A stretch of 64,000 nucleotides of DNA from an uncultured delta proteobacterium (GTDB lineage Bacteria; Desulfobacterota; Desulfobacteria; Desulfobacterales; JAFDCJ01), in the NCBI GenBank assembly GCA_963769935.1, contig CAVYNY010000032.1, positions 64,001 to 128,000 on the forward strand, given 5' to 3'. Below, in pieces: positions 50,051 through 60,023 of the stretch; the stretch's first letter is position 1; each line of letters opens with the position of its first letter. The translations under genes and the position numbers were made by a program. The notes beneath the pieces were generated by a model. It saw nothing but the letters and a program-made list of their open reading frames with translations, was not told the origin of the DNA and ran no database searches.

Positions 50051-51133
50051 ATGCCACCTGATATCTCGCAAAATATAGCCGTTGCCGCCCGGGATATCCC
50101 CGCGGAAGTAACGAACTGGCTCGGGCGCCTGGTGCTTTTATATGGGGTTCCGTTTCATTATTTGATTCCCGCCGGGGAAATGCTGCCGCGGGAGTCGATT
50201 CGCTTTTTTTTCCTCGATCCCATCTGGATTCAATATCTGGTTCAGGGGGCGTGCAGTGTCGGCAACACCGCCTACGGCGATACCATCGTCGATCGGGCCA
50301 TGAACACCCTGGTGCAGCCGAAGCCGGCTGAAAACCAGCAGCCCGGCCCGGCCAATATGGCGGCGGCCGGTGTGCGGGATCGGCTGCGGCAAAAATATGA
50401 GGGCGTCGCTCTTCCCGAGCAGGGGGAGGACCTGGCCTGGCCGTTGACCGGGTTTCTGCTGCGATCCGCGGTGGTCGATGGCTGGCGCGGTTTGGAAGTG
50501 ATGGCTTATCGGAACTTAACCGAGCCGGAGCAACAAAAACTGACGGATAAATTGAGCGGTAAAGCAAAAGACATTTTCGAAGAAGCCATGAAGAACGAGG
50601 GACCGAAAGATAACCTGCGCGCCGGGCTTAGAAAACTGCTGCACAGCCAAGCGCCTGCAGAAACAGAGCAGCTCTTGAAATTGGCCGGCGTGCCGACGCA
50701 GGAAGCCTTTTTAAAGCTTATGGTCGAATTGGTCACACCACTCAAACCGCTCAGAATCGAGCAGCTTTCGCAGGACGTGATGCTGGGCATCTTCAACGGC
50801 CTGATCGGACAGCTGGTCATCCGACAGCCCCAGGAAGGCCTGCATTTTGGACTCACCCCGGAAAATCAGTCCTACACCAAAAAATTGCGGGATTTGAAAA
50901 CCGGCCGGATCCGCCAGGACCATACCATCATTTTGTCCCAAAATAATCTGATGCGCGACCAGGAAAATAAAGGCGTCATCAATATTGCCGCCCTCGCGGC
51001 CAAGTTAAAAGAAGGCCTGGCAAACATCGATCAATTAAAAGAGGGTAAATTCACCTCGGCCGAATTCGCCGTGCAGATGATCGAGGCGCCCGGTGAATTC
51101 ACTTTTCAACCCCATTATTCTGAGAAATCATGA
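50051..51133 (+). CDS. Conserved hypothetical protein (360 aa), DUF6603-associated
   Basis: WLGRLVLLYGVPFHYLIP..EMLPRESIRFFFLD..W, GFLLRSAVVDGW.GLEV, QPQEGLHFG, SAEFAVQM. Confidence 0.8.
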   Translation: MPPDISQNIAVAARDIPAEVTNWLGRLVLLYGVPFHYLIPAGEMLPRESIRFFFLDPIWIQYLVQGACSVGNTAYGDTIVDRAMNTLVQPKPAENQQPGPANMAAAGVRDRLRQKYEGVALPEQGEDLAWPLTGFLLRSAVVDGWRGLEVMAYRNLTEPEQQKLTDKLSGKAKDIFEEAMKNEGPKDNLRAGLRKLLHSQAPAETEQLLKLAGVPTQEAFLKLMVELVTPLKPLRIEQLSQDVMLGIFNGLIGQLVIRQPQEGLHFGLTPENQSYTKKLRDLKTGRIRQDHTIILSQNNLMRDQENKGVINIAALAAKLKEGLANIDQLKEGKFTSAEFAVQMIEAPGEFTFQPHYSEKS

Positions 51134-54100
51134 GCGATCGGCACAAAACCGGTGAAAGCCAACGAGGTCTTCTGGTTCCGATGAATATCGAAGCCCTGGT
51201 CAGCGGTGCCCCTGCCCGCGGCAGCGAATGGGTCAGCCGCGTACCGCCATTCCAAATGATTTATTACAATCAGTTCCTGGGCCGGCAACTGGAGACCGAA
51301 GCTTGCAGCGATACGGTTTCCAACCTCTACGAAGAGCCCGGTGTTTACCTGCACTGGGCGCTGCCGGACGGCTTGACGCACGGAACGACCGGAGACAACG
51401 GCGGTGAACCGGAGTTTCCCCTGGTCCCCAACCGCTGGTTAATCGTGCGGTTCTGGGATCAAGGCGGCGCAACCCGGGATTTGGATTTAAAGTTCAAGGC
51501 CTGGATCATGGAAAGCGACACCATCACCGACGATACGGATGCCGTCGTTTGGCCCAACTTGCGGTCGCAGAACCCGGATCCGAAAAACGAAGCGGATTAC
51601 TTTGTCTACGTCGGGAAGCAATTTGAACTGGATGTGTGGCCGGGTGAAACGCACGCGCCCGGTGTCGACATCACTGCGGTCGGCTATGGAGGGGCGGCTT
51701 TTGCGGCCTACTACCCGGCCTGCCGGGGAATTCTCGGGTTTCACGATAAATATCTTTCCGGCTTGCCTGACAACCTGACTCTGACATATTTTGTCGCCGG
51801 CTGGTATTCGGATCCCGCTCAAGATCCCCTGGCCGGGGGGCCGGCGGAAAAAACAATCAGAGCCCTGGAAGAAATACTGGGTGAGCGAAAATGGACCTAT
51901 CCGGGCTGGTCTGAAGCCCTGGCGAAAGCCAAAGAAGCCGAAGATTTGGCGGAACGGCTCAGAGAAGCAACCGCAATGTCGGCCAGGATGAAAAACGCTT
52001 ACGATCACTTCGACGATAAACGGCCTGTCTTTGCCAACACCCAGACTCTCAAGGACGATCTGAAAAAAGGGCAGGCCGGGCTGCAGGAAAAGATCGCCGA
52101 TCTGGAAAATGAGCACCGGAGGGTTGCGCCGGAGCTCGCAGCGCTTCAAAGCGACCTGCCCGGCCGGATCCTTTGCCATGGTGTTCTGGCGGGAATCCGC
52201 TGGCAGGGTGAAACCCATCTGTACGACAGCGGCGTTCCGCGGGGCAACCCTTTTTCCGTGGCCGTCGGCAACACCGCCGTCGAGGCCCTTTGCGCCTTGT
52301 TCAGAGAAAATTTAAATCCCGACCTGGTCAGACTGCTTGAAGTCTTTCAGTACGACCTGCTGACCGATCTTGAAAGACCGGGAGGCCGCGACCAGGTCGA
52401 TCAAAAAATTCACGCACGGAACTTTAAACCGCTGGCCCACGGGATTCACTGGGGCCTGATCCGCCAAACCCCGCCCCCGCCGGCCGAATCCTCCGCCGAT
52501 CATCCCCCTCCCGGCGATCAAACTCCTCCGATTCCGGGAGAAATTCGGCTGCTGCTGGAAAATCTGAACATGCACCAGCGGGAAATCAATCGTTTAAAGC
52601 GGGAACGGGCGTCCACCCAAAGCGAACTGTACGCCGCCTGGTACAAAAAAATACTCAATGCCGGCGAAGACGCTGCGCGGGAAGGCGTCCTGAATCAGCG
52701 TCTGGCGGATTTACGGCAGGAAATCGGTTCCCTGACGGCACAAATTGACGCATTGGAAGACCCCCAGGAACAACGGCCAAGCGGCGCAGAGTGGGACGAG
52801 CTCCAGGAAAAACTAAGCAGCTTCCTTCCGGAACTCAAATTGCAGCAACTCGATGAACCGCGCTTCTGGCGGCCCAACGATCCGGTCGTGCTCCTGGCGG
52901 GCCGTGCTTTTCAACGCGCCGCCCGGCACGGCGAGGACGGCCGGTTTCGCAGCGATGGGCGGCTGCTCTGCCGTGTGAGCGGCCAGGAGATCAACCGCCT
53001 CAAAATTACGGTGCCCTTTGCCAAAAAAGAGGCGGTTGAATTCGGCCCGCCGGATCTGGATCAATGGTGCCGTCCGTTCTCCGCAGGGATCAATCCGTCC
53101 ATTCCCGCGGAAGTCGTGAGCCTTTTCCGCGAATCCCTGTTTCTCACTCTCGATGCCAAAGGGGCCGACGCCATCGCCGCCGCGGCCTATGAGAAAAACG
53201 AGCCGGGATCGGCCAAGGACCGCCCGCAGGATGTCAAAGAGCTGGCCGGAGATTTGATTGAGAAATACCTGAAAAAAGTCTGGGAAGACGCCCGCAATCC
53301 GGACCTTGACGCCCCCGATTTGCGGCGTCAGGACGGACCGACCGTCTGGGAATTCGTCGGAAGCTTCCCTTCACCGGTGGTGATAAACAGATGGGAGAAA
53401 AACCCCTGGCTGCCTCTCTTTCTGCAATGGCAGGTCAGCTGGATACCCGCCTACGAGGATGCCGTCAAGGCTTTACAAAACTGGGAGCTGGTCGACCGGG
53501 GAACGGCCTTCAAGTGGCAGGGACAGGATCCCGGACCGCAGGACCGGAAAATTATTTACAGTGACACGACCCTGTTGACGCCCGGCGCCGCTTTGAATTT
53601 CAGCGACCGCCTGCGCCGCTACAATCTGGCCCACGACAACCAGAAGTTAAAAAACCTGCAAACCGCTGTCAGTCAGATGAACCTGCTCTGCCAAAGCCTG
53701 AGCGGATTCACTGAAAATCTTCTCATGCGCCAAGCCTTTTTAGAGTTGCAACCGCTCGAGCCGGGAAAAGATGATGACGGCCCCCAATTTTCCCCGATTT
53801 TCGAAGCGGTCCGGGATATCGATTGGTTGTCGCCCTTGATCGACAAAGAATTTTTCCCCGTTCGCGCCGGCCATCTCAAGCTGGAGAAACTCTGGATCAT
53901 TGATGCCTTCGGCCAGCTCCTGAGACTCGAAGCCGAATCGCACGGTGAAAACGTCGCCCATCCGCTCCGACCTGAAGGGCTCGCCGGGTCAGGCGGATAT
54001 TTGCGGCTCGAACCACGCCTGGACCAGCCCGCCCGTCTCACCATCGATTGGCCGTCCGCCGACCGTTGGGACGCGGGCGGTGAAAAGACCAGGCCCCGGC

Positions 54101-55506
54101 GGGATGATGAGGAATTCAATCCGGTTTGCGGCTGGATTCTGCCCAACTTCCTTGACCGTGGCCTGATGATATACGACGCCCGCGGCTATGCCCTGGGTGC
54201 GCTGCAGGCGGTCCAGCGTAAATCATGGTCCCAGGGCGCCGGCGCTCAGTTTGGCCCAATCGAGAGTTTTCATTGGGTCGACATTCCCGGCAGTGAGTCG
54301 TTCTTCTTTGGCCAACCGGCCGATAAAATAATCGATCCGCTGGGCGAGACGGCCAACCCGCATTTGCGGGCTTTTGTTAAAGGCCTATTATCGCTGAGCG
54401 AGGGCAGCGGACAGGCCTTCGGCCAGCTGCTCACCATTATGGACGATACCCTTTCCGTCGCCGGGGCCTCCGGTACCGGCCAAAATTCCAATCTCGCCCT
54501 GCTGATCGGCAGACCCCTCGCGCTGGTCCGGGCGTCGCTGAATTTGGAATTAGACGGCCGTACCGCTCTCGCCCAGGGTTGGGATGATTTGGCGGCCGCG
54601 CAGACCGGTGGAATCGAAAAGGTAAAGTTTCCCATTCGACTGGGTGATCGACGAAAATGGAATGATTTCCGGCTGGGGGAAGACGGCTTGGCAGGTTTTT
54701 TTCTGAACCGGAATTACGACCGGTTTTTCCCGGCGTTCGGCCTCACGGGCCGCGATGACGACTATAGCCGGTATCAAATGGTGCCTGAGATTTCAGTTGC
54801 TGAGCCGTTGGATCTCACACTGCTCATGGAGCCTGCCCGGGGAATCTGTACCACCAGCGGCATTTTGCCGCGCAAGATTTTTAACCTGCCCTACGGCGAT
54901 ATTACCGAAATACTGGAGAACAAACAGATCGTTTTTTTCACCGGTCCCGTTGTCAGCACTGCGAGCATCGAGGAGAAGATCCGGATGCCCCAGCCTTCAG
55001 ATATTTACGGGCAATGGTCCTGGACCCACCATCCCGAGGTGAAGGTCTGGCGCGAAGCAACCATCGCCGATTCGCAGAAAGAACAGGGACATTTTTCCGA
55101 TGAAAACCTGCAGATCACCGAGGGTTGGTTGAAGCTCATTACGGCGCCCCTGGAAATTCGTGTATTTAAGGTGAAAGGCGTCGAACCGGTGAAAGAAACC
55201 GAAAAACCGGAAGAAAGCGCTTCCGCCGCCGAACCGGATCGATTTGAAATTCCGGCCGCTAAGGACGTGATTCTATCGTGGGCCGCAATCGGCGCTGAAG
55301 CCATCGAGCTTAAGAAGGGACCGGTATCTCTTTTTAAGTCCGGCCGCCATCCGCTGCCCACGCAATACCGGATCCCGGTGGATCAAGATGCCTCATTTAG
55401 CCTGATTGCCATCGGCCGGTCGCAGAAATCGTCTGCCACCGAAGCGCAACAAATTATAACGAAAGCCAAGACAATCGAAATTGCAATCGTCCCGCCAAAG
55501 GCCTGA
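51130..55506 (+). CDS. Large hypothetical protein (1458 aa) with coiled-coil insertions, DUF6603-associated
   Basis: ATGA overlap with the previous gene; GVYLHWALPDGLT, FPLVPNRWLIVR, YFVAGWYS, FWRPNDPVVL, PWLPLFLQW, IIDAFGQ, NPVCGWILPN, GRPLALVR. Confidence 0.85.
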   Translation: MSDRHKTGESQRGLLVPMNIEALVSGAPARGSEWVSRVPPFQMIYYNQFLGRQLETEACSDTVSNLYEEPGVYLHWALPDGLTHGTTGDNGGEPEFPLVPNRWLIVRFWDQGGATRDLDLKFKAWIMESDTITDDTDAVVWPNLRSQNPDPKNEADYFVYVGKQFELDVWPGETHAPGVDITAVGYGGAAFAAYYPACRGILGFHDKYLSGLPDNLTLTYFVAGWYSDPAQDPLAGGPAEKTIRALEEILGERKWTYPGWSEALAKAKEAEDLAERLREATAMSARMKNAYDHFDDKRPVFANTQTLKDDLKKGQAGLQEKIADLENEHRRVAPELAALQSDLPGRILCHGVLAGIRWQGETHLYDSGVPRGNPFSVAVGNTAVEALCALFRENLNPDLVRLLEVFQYDLLTDLERPGGRDQVDQKIHARNFKPLAHGIHWGLIRQTPPPPAESSADHPPPGDQTPPIPGEIRLLLENLNMHQREINRLKRERASTQSELYAAWYKKILNAGEDAAREGVLNQRLADLRQEIGSLTAQIDALEDPQEQRPSGAEWDELQEKLSSFLPELKLQQLDEPRFWRPNDPVVLLAGRAFQRAARHGEDGRFRSDGRLLCRVSGQEINRLKITVPFAKKEAVEFGPPDLDQWCRPFSAGINPSIPAEVVSLFRESLFLTLDAKGADAIAAAAYEKNEPGSAKDRPQDVKELAGDLIEKYLKKVWEDARNPDLDAPDLRRQDGPTVWEFVGSFPSPVVINRWEKNPWLPLFLQWQVSWIPAYEDAVKALQNWELVDRGTAFKWQGQDPGPQDRKIIYSDTTLLTPGAALNFSDRLRRYNLAHDNQKLKNLQTAVSQMNLLCQSLSGFTENLLMRQAFLELQPLEPGKDDDGPQFSPIFEAVRDIDWLSPLIDKEFFPVRAGHLKLEKLWIIDAFGQLLRLEAESHGENVAHPLRPEGLAGSGGYLRLEPRLDQPARLTIDWPSADRWDAGGEKTRPRRDDEEFNPVCGWILPNFLDRGLMIYDARGYALGALQAVQRKSWSQGAGAQFGPIESFHWVDIPGSESFFFGQPADKIIDPLGETANPHLRAFVKGLLSLSEGSGQAFGQLLTIMDDTLSVAGASGTGQNSNLALLIGRPLALVRASLNLELDGRTALAQGWDDLAAAQTGGIEKVKFPIRLGDRRKWNDFRLGEDGLAGFFLNRNYDRFFPAFGLTGRDDDYSRYQMVPEISVAEPLDLTLLMEPARGICTTSGILPRKIFNLPYGDITEILENKQIVFFTGPVVSTASIEEKIRMPQPSDIYGQWSWTHHPEVKVWREATIADSQKEQGHFSDENLQITEGWLKLITAPLEIRVFKVKGVEPVKETEKPEESASAAEPDRFEIPAAKDVILSWAAIGAEAIELKKGPVSLFKSGRHPLPTQYRIPVDQDASFSLIAIGRSQKSSATEAQQIITKAKTIEIAIVPPKA

Positions 55507-55518
55507 AAGGAAGGGAAC

Positions 55519-57279
55519 ATGCCGGTACAACCCCATGTTGAAGCACATCTGGTCGTCACAGGGAGTTTTAAAGTCGGGGCGAACCCCCAACCCCCCAATC
55601 GATTCGAACTGTCGATTACCAATAAAAGTGACCCACTAAAACTAACCCCAAAGAAGTGTCTTTGTTTAAAGGGTGTTCTGGGACCGGGGACCGACGCATT
55701 GTTTCTGGATGATAATGACGCGAAACAATGCGAAAAATCAAGCCCTAAAGACTGGACCGTGATATGGGATTTTTCCCGTAAAGCAGAGGGTGAATTCTGT
55801 TTAAAAATATACTCCTTAAATAAAAAGCTGGAAAAAGGACAGCCCTTGACGATTTCATTTGCCAATGTGATATCCAAAACTGCCCCGGACGGCGACGCCG
55901 CTTTGAGTTTCCAAACCGACTTTTCGGACGCCAAGCAGGCGCTGACCATCTCAAAAACCGCGGATAAGGCCGACATCATCAGTTTTTACGCCTCTCCGCC
56001 GGAAGGTGTGCAAAACCTACCCGGCGAGGATGTCACATTGAAATGGCGTACGTATAAGCTGACCAATCTTGGACTCTTCCAAGAAGGTCACTCCGATCCG
56101 CTCGTCTGTGATTTCAGCCAGGACGAAGGCCAAAAAAAAATACCCGGCGTTGCCACCTCTATGAAATTTGTTCTCAAGGGCTACGACGGCCCCCAGCTGA
56201 TTTCGCGGAACCTGCGCGTCCAGGTCCTGCAAAAAGGATGGTACGATCTGAAAAACACAGTTTCGGAAGGTGACCCCGGCTATCCTGTTCCGCAAGACGA
56301 AAAGGAAACCCGATTGCTGGCAGGGAACCCAAAGGGGTTTGACCTCGAACCCACCCTCCTGTTCAACGCCAATGACCAGCGTTTATATGCCATCTTTCGG
56401 CTAATATTTGCGGGACAGGAAAGGGCCTTTCTATTTCAAACCCAAAACCTGTTTGGCGGATGGAGCTTCGTCAAATCCTCGGTACCCGATCAGACAGGTT
56501 CTATTCCGGGCGGCTGTTTTACCAGTCCCGGCATTTATTTCGACGATAAATTATGGCTGATCGGCGGCAGCCAGATCGACCCGGACAACACCTCCAATTG
56601 CATCTGGTGTTTCGACCCCCGGAAAGCAGCCTGGGAAGATTGGGGAGCCGCCCCATGGACGCCGCGGATGGGCCATGCGGTACAGGTTGTCTATGAGGAT
56701 CAAAAAGCAAAAATATGGATGCTGGGCGGACGTGACGAAACCGGCAACGCCCTTAACGATGTCTGGTCCCTGGATGTCGCCAGCCGGAGTTGGACCGACC
56801 TCGGTCCGGCCGACTGGAAACCCAGATGTCTTTTCAACCCGGCTGTTTATGACAAGCAGATCTGGCTATACGGCGGCGTGAAGGAACCTTTCAGCGCCGA
56901 ATTATACGACGACCTTTATGTTTATAGCGGCGACGGCCCCTGGCAAAAAAAAGAAATGACCGGCATCATAAAAGGCAGCGAATCTAAAAAGCCGATAGCA
57001 TCCAGCCTGCAGGTCTTTAAAGGCAAACTCTGTCTTTTCGGCAAATTTCGAACCATCGACCCCGCCGATAAAAGTGAAAGAATCGAGCCGCTGGCATTTT
57101 CCCTTTCCAGTGCTTCCACCAAAACCTGGGATGACTTCCCGAGCGACGGCCTGAAAGGTTGGGGCGGAGACACCACTTTCAGCTATCAGCTGGTCAATTT
57201 CCGGGATAAGTTGCTTATCGCCCGGGCCTTGGGCTATGATGATCCCAACACCGTATTGAAAGTTTATGTGCCCGGGTAA
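55519..57279 (+). CDS. Kelch-repeat beta-propeller protein with N-terminal Ig-like region
   Basis: KLWLIGG, WTPRMGH, KIWMLGG, NDVWS, WKPR, QIWLYGG; N-terminal IISFYASP..VTLKW. Confidence 0.82.
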   Translation: MPVQPHVEAHLVVTGSFKVGANPQPPNRFELSITNKSDPLKLTPKKCLCLKGVLGPGTDALFLDDNDAKQCEKSSPKDWTVIWDFSRKAEGEFCLKIYSLNKKLEKGQPLTISFANVISKTAPDGDAALSFQTDFSDAKQALTISKTADKADIISFYASPPEGVQNLPGEDVTLKWRTYKLTNLGLFQEGHSDPLVCDFSQDEGQKKIPGVATSMKFVLKGYDGPQLISRNLRVQVLQKGWYDLKNTVSEGDPGYPVPQDEKETRLLAGNPKGFDLEPTLLFNANDQRLYAIFRLIFAGQERAFLFQTQNLFGGWSFVKSSVPDQTGSIPGGCFTSPGIYFDDKLWLIGGSQIDPDNTSNCIWCFDPRKAAWEDWGAAPWTPRMGHAVQVVYEDQKAKIWMLGGRDETGNALNDVWSLDVASRSWTDLGPADWKPRCLFNPAVYDKQIWLYGGVKEPFSAELYDDLYVYSGDGPWQKKEMTGIIKGSESKKPIASSLQVFKGKLCLFGKFRTIDPADKSERIEPLAFSLSSASTKTWDDFPSDGLKGWGGDTTFSYQLVNFRDKLLIARALGYDDPNTVLKVYVPG

Positions 57280-57345
57280 AGTAGGGCTGTCTTGGGGAGA
57301 TATTGCCGGAGAGAATTTATAAATCACCTGAAGCGGGCAAACAAG

Positions 57346-57458
57346 AATTGAAGATTGAAGATTGAATATTGAATATTTATGGGTGTCGCTATGCTCCGTC
57401 CTTTTTAAAATTGAAAGGATACCTTAAATATCAAATATCCAATCGAAAATATTCAATT
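57346..57458. repeat. ATTGAAG/ATTGAAT heptamer inverted-repeat element
   Basis: aattgaagattgaagattgaatattgaatatt ... aaatatcaaatatccaatcgaaaatattcaatt; related left arms near 9958 and 49773. Confidence 0.65.
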
Positions 57459-57541
57459 GCTGCAGGATAGGAAGAATAGCCCAAATAATTTTTTTGCACA
57501 AAAAGCGAAAAATTTCTTATATGCAACATGGAAGGCGAGCT

Positions 57542-59554
57542 ATGAAATTAAAAGTACATTTCTTGTTAATTTTCCTTATCCTATTGCCGGCGGTCGGATT
57601 TCCTTTGCCGGCCCAAAGCGGGCAGCACTTGACGATGACGCTTTTGCCGGTCAGGGAGTCCGGTACGGTGGAGGGAGACCCGAATGCCAAAGGGCTTCTT
57701 TGGATCCAGAATGATCCGCAAAAGGAGATCTTCCTGCAGTTTGATCTAAACGGGCTGGACCCAGGCTTAAGGGAAAGCGATTTCCTGCAGTGCACCTTGA
57801 GACTCGTCGCGCAAAACGTGGTTTATGAACCCGCCGACAATCCCAATACCGGCGGACAGCTGGTTATTGTCAAAGGCCGGTTGGTTAACGACAATAATAC
57901 CGATGAGGCCGACACCGGCCCGATCATCTCCCTTTCCACGCTTACCACCAAAAACAATGTCGCCCTGAAGGCGACGGAAGCATTTCGAAAAGCGGTCCAT
58001 CAAGAATATGCCGGCGATAAAAAGATTTCTCTCAGGCTCTTTAGCGACTCGCACAAGGCAAGCACCCTGCTTTATTCCAGCGCCAATTCCGGTGCGCCTG
58101 CCAATCCTTCGAATTTGCCCCGCCTGGTGATCGAGTACACCCCGCCGCCGCCCGAGCTGCCCGATACGCTGAGTTGGTCACAGCACCAGCAGAATCCGGA
58201 GCATACCGGCCGGACGGCCTGGAAACCCTTTCAGAATCCCACGGGTTTCAGCCTGGCAAAAATCGACATGCCGAAAATAAACGGCGGCGCCGGAACCATC
58301 GCGGACTATCCTTTGATTTATCGGGGAAACATGTATCTGGTCTACAAAGTCCTCGACCGGAACTTCCTGCTGGCCCTCGACTACCAAGGCCATGAGCTTT
58401 GGCGGAAAGATATCGGAGCAGGCACGGTTCAGCGCTCTCCGGTCATCAGCCGCAACGGATTTATTTATGCCGTGACCGAAAAAAAAATCACCGGCTATGA
58501 TCTGAACCGCTCCGGGCAGCCTGTGGCCTTATATCCCGCATCCGGTGAAATATCCGGCAAACTGGCCGCGTTTACCGACCTTACCGCCGGCAACGACGGC
58601 AGCCTTTTTTTGGCCTTGCAGGAGGATGCCGCAAATTACATTTACGGTTTTACACCGCAGTTAAGGCCTTTTGTCAAATCCGATCCCCTGGGAACGGCAC
58701 AGAAAAAAATCAGCACCGTCAGCGTGAGTCCGGACGGGGGGGCGGTTTTTGCCCAGACGCCTGCGGGCGCCGTGGTCATCGAGATGGTCAACCCTTCCCG
58801 GGAGCAGAAAATTCAACTGCAGCATGATGATCAAAAGGCTTGGGACAACTACCATGTGCCGGTAGCCGGACCTGCCGGGGGGGTCATGATCTTTTCCGAT
58901 TTCACCGGTTCGGCCAATTTGGGAAATGTCTGGGGATATACCGCCGTCCAAAGAATCTGGAATTCTTCGGGCACGCTGATTCCCCAGCCGGTTCTCGGTT
59001 CGAACAATCTCGTATATTATATTCAAGGCGGCGGCCTTCAGGCGCATCAATACAACCAAATCGGTTCGGTGGAGGTTGCCCCGGATGACGGGCTTAAAAC
59101 CACCAGCAATGTGGTTATGGACGGCGCCGACAACATCTATTTTTGGGACAACGGCTACCTCCACGGCTACGACGCTGAGCGCAAGGCCTTGTTCGCTGCA
59201 ATTCCCCTCACCTCCGATGTGAAGGCGCGCAAGGTGGATGAACAGGGTCAACCAATCGGGCCGGAGCAATTCCTGCGTTTAATGCTGGGACCGGACGGCA
59301 CCCTGTGGGCCAACAACAAATTGGGCAGCGCCCTTTACGCGTTCAAACCGAGCTTTGCCAAAGCCGATGTCACGCTCAAGCAGGAGGACATCCAAAGCAA
59401 AACCATCTATCGGGCCACCGGCTCGCTGGCCGTCGGCAGCCTGAAGCTGGAAGGCGGGACTCAGATATTCCTTGAGGCGCGGCAGGGGATCTCTTTTGCA
59501 GCCAATTTCACGGTAGAAAAAGGCGCCAGCCTTCTGTGCCGGACGGGATTCTAG
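57542..59554 (+). CDS. Secreted multidomain protein with PQQ-like beta-propeller
   Basis: Signal peptide MKLKVHFLLIFLILLPAVG; IFLQFDL...PRLVIEY (DNRLRE/CBM96-like); WSQHQQNPEHTG, G.ELW, SPVISRNG.IY, LGPDGTLW; C-terminal beta-rich module. Confidence 0.78.
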   Translation: MKLKVHFLLIFLILLPAVGFPLPAQSGQHLTMTLLPVRESGTVEGDPNAKGLLWIQNDPQKEIFLQFDLNGLDPGLRESDFLQCTLRLVAQNVVYEPADNPNTGGQLVIVKGRLVNDNNTDEADTGPIISLSTLTTKNNVALKATEAFRKAVHQEYAGDKKISLRLFSDSHKASTLLYSSANSGAPANPSNLPRLVIEYTPPPPELPDTLSWSQHQQNPEHTGRTAWKPFQNPTGFSLAKIDMPKINGGAGTIADYPLIYRGNMYLVYKVLDRNFLLALDYQGHELWRKDIGAGTVQRSPVISRNGFIYAVTEKKITGYDLNRSGQPVALYPASGEISGKLAAFTDLTAGNDGSLFLALQEDAANYIYGFTPQLRPFVKSDPLGTAQKKISTVSVSPDGGAVFAQTPAGAVVIEMVNPSREQKIQLQHDDQKAWDNYHVPVAGPAGGVMIFSDFTGSANLGNVWGYTAVQRIWNSSGTLIPQPVLGSNNLVYYIQGGGLQAHQYNQIGSVEVAPDDGLKTTSNVVMDGADNIYFWDNGYLHGYDAERKALFAAIPLTSDVKARKVDEQGQPIGPEQFLRLMLGPDGTLWANNKLGSALYAFKPSFAKADVTLKQEDIQSKTIYRATGSLAVGSLKLEGGTQIFLEARQGISFAANFTVEKGASLLCRTGF

Positions 59555-59730
59555 TGGATTACAAAATTGCAAACCTGGCCCTCTGGGCCAGGATTCTTTA
59601 TTCGTTTGGATCCGTCTAATTTTGACTCTGTCAATTAATGATTAATTTTTGAACTGGGAATGAGGTTCAAAAAATTTAAAATGGCTGAATTCCACCCAAT
59701 AAAAGTTTCGGTTCAAGGGAGGATATACAA

Positions 59731-59988
59731 ATGATCAGCAAAGAAGAACTTTGTCAAAAGATCATCAGTTTATACCCGGATATCGGCGTTTGCGGCCTCG
59801 ATGTCAACGTTGAATTCGACAAGACGAATAATGCCTGGGTGGTGGACCTGAAAAAAGACAAACACCGGCTGAAAACCTATCTGGAGGCCGGCGATGCCGA
59901 AAACTGCATGGACGGCAAACAGTGCGTCAGTCTGGGGATTGAAATCGCCCAGCTAAGGGCCAATATTGAACGCATGCCGGTGAGTTGA
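59731..59988 (+). CDS. Small conserved hypothetical protein (85 aa, 4 Cys)
   Basis: RBS GGGAGG; ELCQKI...PDIGVCG...CMDGKQCVSLG. Confidence 0.78.
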   Translation: MISKEELCQKIISLYPDIGVCGLDVNVEFDKTNNAWVVDLKKDKHRLKTYLEAGDAENCMDGKQCVSLGIEIAQLRANIERMPVS

Positions 59989-60023
59989 TTGGCTATATTT
60001 ACCCATGCATATATAATGACAAC

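Noticed and set aside
37691..59554. Prophage, tailocin, eCIS or T6SS, suggested by the tail-fibre and lysin-like genes
   Set aside because: No capsid, terminase, integrase, sheath, tube, baseplate, VgrG/PAAR or TssJLM-like motifs were recognised, and the fibres carry hydrophobic N-terminal segments.
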